Source: a bacterium (GTDB taxonomy: Bacteria; Patescibacteriota; Dojkabacteria; GCA-016699595). From it: a stretch of DNA of 64,000 nucleotides. The DNA lies in NCBI GenBank assembly GCA_016699595.1, contig CP064982.1:572340-636339 (forward strand), read 5' to 3'. Below the pieces are notes generated by a model that worked only from the letters and a program-made list of their open reading frames with translations, made no database searches and was not told where the DNA came from. This document shows, one piece after another, positions 58,706-64,000 of this stretch. The position numbers and the translations under genes are program-made. Position 1 is the stretch's first letter; every line of letters begins with the position of its first letter.

Positions 58706-58957
58706 TTAGTTTTTAGCAGTGTCTAACTCCGCATTATTATAAATATGAATGTCAATATCCGGTTTTGTCATTAAGTCATACTTGTAACTTACAGTAATTT
58801 CAACTTCACCAAAGTTCTTTAATTCTTCAATTAAATTTGTTTCTGATAATAACTTATCAGCTAATTTTTTGAGTTGAGAAAAATCATTCACATTCAAATT
58901 ATAGCAAAAAAAGCCCCGCTTTCGCGAGGTATGATTTTGCAACCTTAGATAACCCAT
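58706..58957 (-). CDS. putative immunity protein for toxin module 0
   Basis: 83-aa ORF starting 8 nt downstream of the toxin-0 stop, same strand. Confidence 0.4.
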   Translation of the reverse strand: MGYLRLQNHTSRKRGFFCYNLNVNDFSQLKKLADKLLSETNLIEELKNFGEVEITVSYKYDLMTKPDIDIHIYNNAELDTAKN

Positions 58958-58964
58958 TAACTAG

Positions 58965-59414
58965 TTATTTAATATCATGTTTTACTATCATAGAAGTCTT
59001 AGCTATTTCCCACTTATTCTCTTTTACCCAATTTTCTGCTTGATTTACTACATTTGATAGTCCATCAAAGAACCCTTGTCCGCTAAAATCATTTGCATTT
59101 ATTGGGTCTACCACATACACATAGTCATTCTGTGTTCCTCCTTCAACTGGATCTATACTTAGAAATCTTCCTAAGTTTGGTACATATACTCTCGCTCCCA
59201 TTGTGATGAACTGTACACTGAAGTCTCTCTCAGTTCGTCTTAGTGCTGATCCACCATACTCATACTTGTCTGTACTTATTGTTACAGTTTCTCCAAATGG
59301 TCCATATCTATACATACTTCCACTTTCTTTTGATAGCAGGTGTCCCGTACTTGTATAGATACTATAGTCACTCGTTTGTTTCAGTGTCAAGAGTATTCCT
59401 CCTGGAAAACTCAC
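58965..59414 (-). CDS. RHS/YD-repeat C-terminal fragment (module 0) with a short tail
   Basis: YRYGPFGE (YD repeat), then ...[42 protein letters not shown], which is the RHS repeat-associated core terminus (compare RYYDPxxGRFxSxDPIGLxGGxNLYxY..NP.NxxDPxGL). A 35-aa C-terminal tail follows. Confidence 0.65.
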   Translation of the reverse strand: MSFPGGILLTLKQTSDYSIYTSTGHLLSKESGSMYRYGPFGETVTISTDKYEYGGSALRRTERDFSVQFITMGARVYVPNLGRFLSIDPVEGGTQNDYVYVVDPINANDFSGQGFFDGLSNVVNQAENWVKENKWEIAKTSMIVKHDIK

Positions 59415-59449
59415 ATAACGATCGACTATGTTACCGCTTGTGTTTATTT

Positions 59450-59869
59450 TTAAACAATCCCAATGAACTTCTTAACAGATAACATGAGTTCATTTTGTTT
59501 CCTCTTATCTTGTTTCAGATGTTCCATTAATTCAGTCTCAGACATGTTATTAGCAAATTCAGTTATAATTTTATTTATTGCTGTCAACACATTAGCATTA
59601 ACCTGTTCAACACTCAATTTATCTGCATCAATATGTCCCTTTTCTTCAATGGAGACCCTATAGAAAATATCAAATTTTGAATTTGTCAAGGAAACGTTTA
59701 AAAATTTATATCCCCAATTTATGTAATAAATATTACCATATACTGATTTTTGTAGATTAATTATTTGACAAATTTGACCTAAGTTTTTATACCAATAATT
59801 ACCGTTTCTCTTGAATCCACAAGGTATCAATAAACAAGTTATTAATTTATTTATTTCAGTTTTTATCAT
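59450..59869 (-). CDS. putative immunity protein for toxin module 1
   Basis: 139-aa ORF immediately downstream of the module-1 toxin. Confidence 0.45.
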   Translation of the reverse strand: MIKTEINKLITCLLIPCGFKRNGNYWYKNLGQICQIINLQKSVYGNIYYINWGYKFLNVSLTNSKFDIFYRVSIEEKGHIDADKLSVEQVNANVLTAINKIITEFANNMSETELMEHLKQDKRKQNELMLSVKKFIGIV

Positions 59870-59881
59870 TGTGTTGTGAAA

Positions 59882-60520
59882 TTAATATAGATCCAATACT
59901 GTATTCCATTCTGATCCGGTTTGTGCTTCAAAAATAGATTGATAGTTATTTAATTGATTTATTCCTCTGGTTATTGACCACGGATTGTTTGGTTTTAGTT
60001 CAAAGATAGTCCTTGTATTAAAATCCACGAAATCAGGGCGTATACCTTGGATGCCTCTATATTCTTTATATAAACCTGCATCTGGATTATTTAGACCAAC
60101 CTTATATTCTAAATGCATTTGTTGTCCCCTTTGTAACGATGACTGTGTGTAACCTTCTGAAGATCCAGAATTGGATCCAATGTTTACTCCACTCCTCTGT
60201 TGACTATTATTTTTTTTCGTATTGCAACTTTTCAGAATATTGCATCCATCACCTATACTCTTTGCTACCCCTGCTGTTCCTGTCGCTGTTGTTGCTGCTG
60301 CATTTGTGTTAGATATTGCGTTTGATATTGACCTAACACTAGAATCTATTAACTGACCAGTTGTACGCACCATTTGTTTTCCGTGTGTAGTTTGTGTCAG
60401 GTATACTCCGCCAATAACGACAGCTGCTACTATTACAACTGGAGCAATAGCTATGCCAAAAATGACTATTGCAGCTTGTCCACTAAAGTCATTCCCATTC
60501 ACAGGATCAACTGGGTACAC
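59882..60520 (-). CDS. orphan RHS C-terminal toxin module 1 (putative PD-(D/E)xK nuclease tip)
   Basis: Starts inside the RHS core end (YPVDPVNGNDFSGQ). It continues with the conserved TM/pre-toxin block AAIVIFGIAIAPVVIVAAVVIGGVYL...GTAGVAKSIGDGCNILKSCNTKK, then a unique tail containing RPDFVDFNTRTIFELKP (D...E-x-K). Confidence 0.6.
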   Translation of the reverse strand: MYPVDPVNGNDFSGQAAIVIFGIAIAPVVIVAAVVIGGVYLTQTTHGKQMVRTTGQLIDSSVRSISNAISNTNAAATTATGTAGVAKSIGDGCNILKSCNTKKNNSQQRSGVNIGSNSGSSEGYTQSSLQRGQQMHLEYKVGLNNPDAGLYKEYRGIQGIRPDFVDFNTRTIFELKPNNPWSITRGINQLNNYQSIFEAQTGSEWNTVLDLY

Positions 60521-60575
60521 ATAGTCATTCTGTGTTCCTCCTTCAACTGGATCTATACTTAGAAATCTTCAATCA
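60189..60575. repeat. ~385-bp homology block (copy 1) shared by the toxin modules
   Basis: Near-identical to 61767-62135 and 63788-64000. Its last ~60 bp also match 59113-59172. Confidence 0.85.
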
Positions 60576-60632
60576 AGCCTATTATGATATATAGTGTTTA
60601 TTATAAGTCGGCACCACCCTTGTCGGTAAGTT

Positions 60633-60923
60633 CTAATGCTGATTTTGAAATCCAATATTCTTTAACTCTTTATGGCCCTGTAAAATTTTTGCTAACTTTT
60701 CTGATATATATGCTCCACCTCTGTTTCCAATTAGGAAAATATCAGTATTGTCACAACTGTTCATATCAACTATGATATTCAGAATTTTATTAATTCGATA
60801 ATATGCATCTGCATTTGCTCTTCCAGTTACTAGTAAAACAGTATAACCATCAACTTCTTCTCCCTTCATATCATATATTTTTATTGGAAATTCCTTCCAT
60901 TCGGTTATTTTATTATCTTTCAA
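60633..60923 (-). CDS. hypothetical immunity-like ORF, possibly a frameshifted remnant
   Basis: 96-aa ORF. A 36-aa ORF (MESDDIYYRKIEPPEDMIFDLKSGRDWGDLIHIGVQ) lies just upstream on the same strand in another frame (~60960-61070). Confidence 0.3.
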   Translation of the reverse strand: MKDNKITEWKEFPIKIYDMKGEEVDGYTVLLVTGRANADAYYRINKILNIIVDMNSCDNTDIFLIGNRGGAYISEKLAKILQGHKELKNIGFQNQH

Positions 60924-61157
60924 AATTTGTATGAATTTTTTCGAATATACAAAGGTTATTGCACTCCTATATGAATCAAATCTCCCCAGTCCCGACCGCT
61001 CTTAAGATCAAAGATCATATCTTCCGGTGGTTCAATCTTTCTATAATAGATATCATCACTTTCCATTAATTATTTCCTTCTCGATAAAGTCAATTGTATT
61101 TCTGAGTTTTTGAGTTTTCCATGTAATAGATATATTCTCATTTATCAATTGCAAACA

Positions 61158-61466
61158 CTATTCAACCGTTTCTATTGTTATAGTGGTGTTATTTTCGTCG
61201 AATAGTGTAACAGTTATTGGTTTCAATTGAATTTCATATATTAATTTCTTTATTTTCTGGTATGTTTCTACAATATTTTTGGAATAAAAATATAATAGAC
61301 ATAACCCATCATCATAAAAACCATGTCCATCATACTCATCACCAATTATAGTTTTTAATTTATCCTCTAGTTCATATATTTTTAAAGTATATGGCTTTAT
61401 TTCATTCCACGAACTCACACCGAAATTAAAAGAGATAACCATTGCTTGATCTGTATAATTTTTCAT
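61158..61466 (-). CDS. putative immunity protein for toxin module 2
   Basis: 102-aa ORF starting 9 nt downstream of the module-2 toxin stop. Confidence 0.45.
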   Translation of the reverse strand: MKNYTDQAMVISFNFGVSSWNEIKPYTLKIYELEDKLKTIIGDEYDGHGFYDDGLCLLYFYSKNIVETYQKIKKLIYEIQLKPITVTLFDENNTTITIETVE

Positions 61467-61474
61467 GATAATAA

Positions 61475-62179
61475 TTATTTAAAAATTCCAAAATCATCCC
61501 AAAACTGTGGGGCTATTGAGTTCCGTTGATTTGATAAGTTATTTAGACCGTATTCATTAATTTGTTGTTGCTCAAATATTCTTGACTCTGTAAAGGATAA
61601 GTTCGATCTTACTGGGGAATACGTTAAATTCTCTTTCCCAGTACCAAATGAACGAAGGTGCTCTGAAAATCTTTCCAATGGGTTTCTTGTTGTCCTTCCG
61701 ACATATTTAGTGGTTCCAGAAGCATCTTTCCCTTCATAGACAGTAGAGCTATCCACACTTCTAATACCACTCCTCTGTTGACTATTATTTTTTTTCGTAT
61801 TGCAACTTTTCAGAATATTGCATCCATCACCTATACTCTTTGCTACCCCTGCTGTTCCTGTCGCTGTTGTTGCTGCTGCATTTGTGTTAGATATTGCGTT
61901 TGATATTGACCTAACACTAGAATCTATTAACTGACCAGTTGTACGCACCATTTGTTTTCCGTGTGTAGTTTGTGTCAGGTATACTCCGCCAATAACGACA
62001 GCTGCTACTATTACAACTGGAGCAATAGCTATGCCAAAAATGACTATTGCAGCTTGTCCACTAAAGTCATTCCCATTCACAGGATCAACTGGGTACACAT
62101 AGTCATTCTGTGTTCCTCCTTCAACTGGATCTACCGAGAGGAATCTTCCGAGTATTGGTACATACATTCTTGCTCCCAT
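61475..62179 (-). CDS. orphan RHS C-terminal toxin module 2 (putative GIY-YIG nuclease tip)
   Basis: [42 protein letters not shown], then the same TM/pre-toxin block. The tail TVYEGKDASGTTKYVGRTTRNPLERFSEHL...ESRIFEQQQINEYGLNNLSNQRN fits the GIY-x10-YVG...R..EH...E...N pattern. Confidence 0.6.
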   Translation of the reverse strand: MGARMYVPILGRFLSVDPVEGGTQNDYVYPVDPVNGNDFSGQAAIVIFGIAIAPVVIVAAVVIGGVYLTQTTHGKQMVRTTGQLIDSSVRSISNAISNTNAAATTATGTAGVAKSIGDGCNILKSCNTKKNNSQQRSGIRSVDSSTVYEGKDASGTTKYVGRTTRNPLERFSEHLRSFGTGKENLTYSPVRSNLSFTESRIFEQQQINEYGLNNLSNQRNSIAPQFWDDFGIFK

Positions 62180-62180
62180 C
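61767..62180. repeat. ~400-bp homology block (copy 2)
   Basis: Near-identical to 60189-60560. It diverges after ggatcta but remains recognisably homologous to 59150-59215. Confidence 0.85.
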
Positions 62181-62236
62181 GCTACATACTTCAGACTGAA
62201 TCTATTCTCATTACCTCTAAGTTCTACTCATCCATA

Positions 62237-62938
62237 TTATTCCCATGTTAATTTGTACTTTTCCTTATATTTCAATTCATATTTTTTCGTAAACTCTTTT
62301 TTTTGTTTTCGGGGTAATATAAAATAAAAGTTAACTTCACCACTTACATCATGATCCAATCCATCATAGTATTCTGCTCCAAAATAATTAGCTAACTCTT
62401 CTCCCTCTTCTGTAAGATCTTTAGGTATCCATCCATTTGGATCAGCCTTAACTTTACTCATATATGTTAGCTTAAGTTGTATAATGTCATTTATAGTATT
62501 TTTCTTAATAACTTGTAAATCGTCTAGTACTTCATTATGATTAATACTAAACAAATCCATAGTATCATTTAGAAGTTTTTGCCAATTTAATAAGTTATTA
62601 AACTTAGGAATTTTGCTGACAATTGTAAATGAGTTTAATATTTTTAAAACTATATTATGCATTTTTTCATTTTCATCCATAGCAAGAAATGAGTCATCAA
62701 CAACTATATTCAGGCATATTAACTTACCTTCTATTGTTGGGTATAGATCAATTGCGTTTTTTAGATACTCGATTGGATAAAGATATAATGAGAAAAATAT
62801 TGAATATTTACTTTCGGAACTTAATTCTTTTTGACATATTTCTATGATTCTTTTAAATACTTTAATGACTTTTGCCGACTCATTCTGCATGTTAGGTAAA
62901 GAATTTAGGTATGTATAGTTTATAAATTGTTTTTCCAT
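62237..62938 (-). CDS. hypothetical protein within the toxin/immunity array
   Basis: 233-aa ORF with no recognisable motif, located between module 3's immunity gene and module 2. Confidence 0.4.
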   Translation of the reverse strand: MEKQFINYTYLNSLPNMQNESAKVIKVFKRIIEICQKELSSESKYSIFFSLYLYPIEYLKNAIDLYPTIEGKLICLNIVVDDSFLAMDENEKMHNIVLKILNSFTIVSKIPKFNNLLNWQKLLNDTMDLFSINHNEVLDDLQVIKKNTINDIIQLKLTYMSKVKADPNGWIPKDLTEEGEELANYFGAEYYDGLDHDVSGEVNFYFILPRKQKKEFTKKYELKYKEKYKLTWE

Positions 62939-63080
62939 ATTATTGTAGCTTTACCTTAAGTAATTTTCATGATTCCATGGACCTGGATTCATCATATTTA
63001 ATTAGGATATTAACTTAGGCATTTAATATAATCTATTTGCAAATCATTTTCACCTACTATTATATGTTGCAAAATAAATA

Positions 63081-63476
63081 TTAGCAAATTTCATGCAGAA
63101 AAGATTTTATACATTTTTTAAATTTTTCTAATTGCATTGAATCTGTAACAAATTCTATTTCAAACTTATATTTATGCTGGACATCATTCATAAGCATAAG
63201 GTGCCACTCTACACCAGAAGATAAACTAATTCCTTCCAAAGAAAATTGTTTTTCCAGTGTATCAAGAAAAAAATTATTTTGATTATCTATGTCAACTGAA
63301 TTTAATAAATCAAAAGTTTGCATATTAAAAGCTTGAATAATTTTTAAATTCGGAGCAGTTAATGTGCATTCTGCATAAATCCAACTTTTATCATAATTAT
63401 TTTCAGAGTTCGGGTACATTCGACTTCCCAAATTTATATTAAAATTTACACTATCAGCGTATAATGAATATGTCAT
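63081..63476 (-). CDS. putative immunity protein for toxin module 3
   Basis: 131-aa ORF starting 3 nt downstream of the module-3 toxin stop. Confidence 0.45.
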   Translation of the reverse strand: MTYSLYADSVNFNINLGSRMYPNSENNYDKSWIYAECTLTAPNLKIIQAFNMQTFDLLNSVDIDNQNNFFLDTLEKQFSLEGISLSSGVEWHLMLMNDVQHKYKFEIEFVTDSMQLEKFKKCIKSFLHEIC

Positions 63477-63478
63477 AA

Positions 63479-64000
63479 TTATTTGGGGTTAAAAATTACA
63501 GTAATAATATCATAGTCTTGATTTGTTACCACTTCAAGATTATTTTTTATAAATCTCATTGTATCAGGTGTATTCCCAGGTAATATTCTTACTGGATTTT
63601 CGATTGCATCTATAACTGCAGATGGAGATAGCACTCCCCTTCCCATCATTCGATCAAGTGCATGCCCAGTAAATTTATATCCATTTATTACTTTAGCTTG
63701 ATTAAATCCAGTTACATCCATTGGTGAGCGGGAACTACCAACTGGTGTATTAGCGCTTGTATTCTTACTGTTTGCCTGTATTTTACTTTTTTTCGTATTG
63801 CAGCTTTTCAGAATATTGCATCCATCACCTATACTCTTTGCTACCGCTGCTGTTCCTGTCGCTGTTGTTGCTGCTGCATTTGTGTTAGATATTGCGTTTG
63901 ATATTGACCTAACACTAGAATCTATTAACTGACCAGTTGTACGCACCATTTGTTTTCCGTGTGTAGTTTGTGTCAGGTATACTCCGCCAATAACGACAGC
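63479..64000 (-). CDS. RHS C-terminal toxin module 3 (N-terminus beyond the window end); tail with an HA-x-x-RM-x-x-RG motif
   Basis: The same pre-toxin block (MVRTTGQLIDSSVRSISNAISNTNAAATTATGTAAVAKSIGDGCNILKSCNTKK) is followed by a unique tail ...GYKFTGHALDRMMGRGVLSPSAVIDAIEN... The ORF continues upstream through 64000. Confidence 0.6.
   Translation of the reverse strand, partial: AVVIGGVYLTQTTHGKQMVRTTGQLIDSSVRSISNAISNTNAAATTATGTAAVAKSIGDGCNILKSCNTKKSKIQANSKNTSANTPVGSSRSPMDVTGFNQAKVINGYKFTGHALDRMMGRGVLSPSAVIDAIENPVRILPGNTPDTMRFIKNNLEVVTNQDYDIITVIFNPK
63788..64000. repeat. homology block (copy 3, truncated by the window end)
   Basis: tttttttcgtattgcagcttttcagaatattgcatccatcacctatactctttgctacc... 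is near-identical to copies 1 and 2. Confidence 0.85.

Noticed and set aside
1-64000. Alternative genetic code (UGA as Gly/Trp, as in Gracilibacteria/SR1 or Mollicutes)
   Set aside because: Very long ORFs (SecA, DnaE, the 1644-aa protein) are uninterrupted under the standard code. TGA occurs as the stop of several genes (e.g. 7568-7570, sufS), in some cases immediately followed by a second stop.
1-64000. CRISPR arrays, rRNA genes, integrases or transposases
   Set aside because: No regularly spaced short direct repeats, no rRNA-like conserved stretches and no recombinase motifs were seen.

Overview
AT-rich (~32% GC), gene-dense chromosomal window. The standard genetic code fits: SecA (943 aa), DnaE (1256 aa) and a 1644-aa surface protein are all uninterrupted. 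Gene content looks like a reduced-genome bacterium, possibly a CPR/Patescibacteria-like lineage, with minimal housekeeping proteins: ProRS without an editing insertion, AlaRS without the C-Ala domain, trigger factor apparently without a PPIase domain, a truncated SufBD, and a DnaG whose zinc-ribbon ligands are all substituted.

Core genes recognised: dnaG (partial), smpB, tig, rplS, proS, ung, rnpA, secA, alaS, metG, tatD, hisS, sufS, ftsW/rodA, eno, dnaJ, yvcK-like, tmk, dnaE, and a macA/macB-like efflux cluster. Six tRNAs are present: Leu-GAG, Asp-GUC, Ser-GCU, Lys-UUU, Val-CAC and Val-UAC.

Main non-housekeeping content:
1. 58.7-64.0 kb (to the window edge): an RHS/YD-repeat-type polymorphic-toxin cassette array. 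At least four alternative C-terminal toxin modules, each followed by a small putative immunity gene, are separated by ~370-bp near-identical homology blocks. The full-length rhs gene is probably beyond the window end.
2. 11.6-16.6 kb: a 1644-aa tail-fibre-like surface protein with triplicated GIGTPSPTQKLHVSG modules, CxxxxLxYxGSxWxC repeats and a C-terminal S74-type intramolecular-chaperone domain.
3. 25.6-27.4 kb: an Mrr-type IV restriction gene plus a disrupted methyltransferase, inserted at the alaS 3' end and bracketed by an ~80-bp direct repeat of that end.
4. Three copies of a ~65-bp hairpin-forming repeat: two inserted in-frame in alaS and one upstream of hisS.
5. A candidate proline T-box leader (CCU specifier, GGUGGUACCG motif, terminator) upstream of an operon of two UDG-superfamily genes plus proS.
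6. 41.5-42.6 kb: a short region of decayed gene fragments.

No CRISPR arrays, rRNA genes or integrases are seen.
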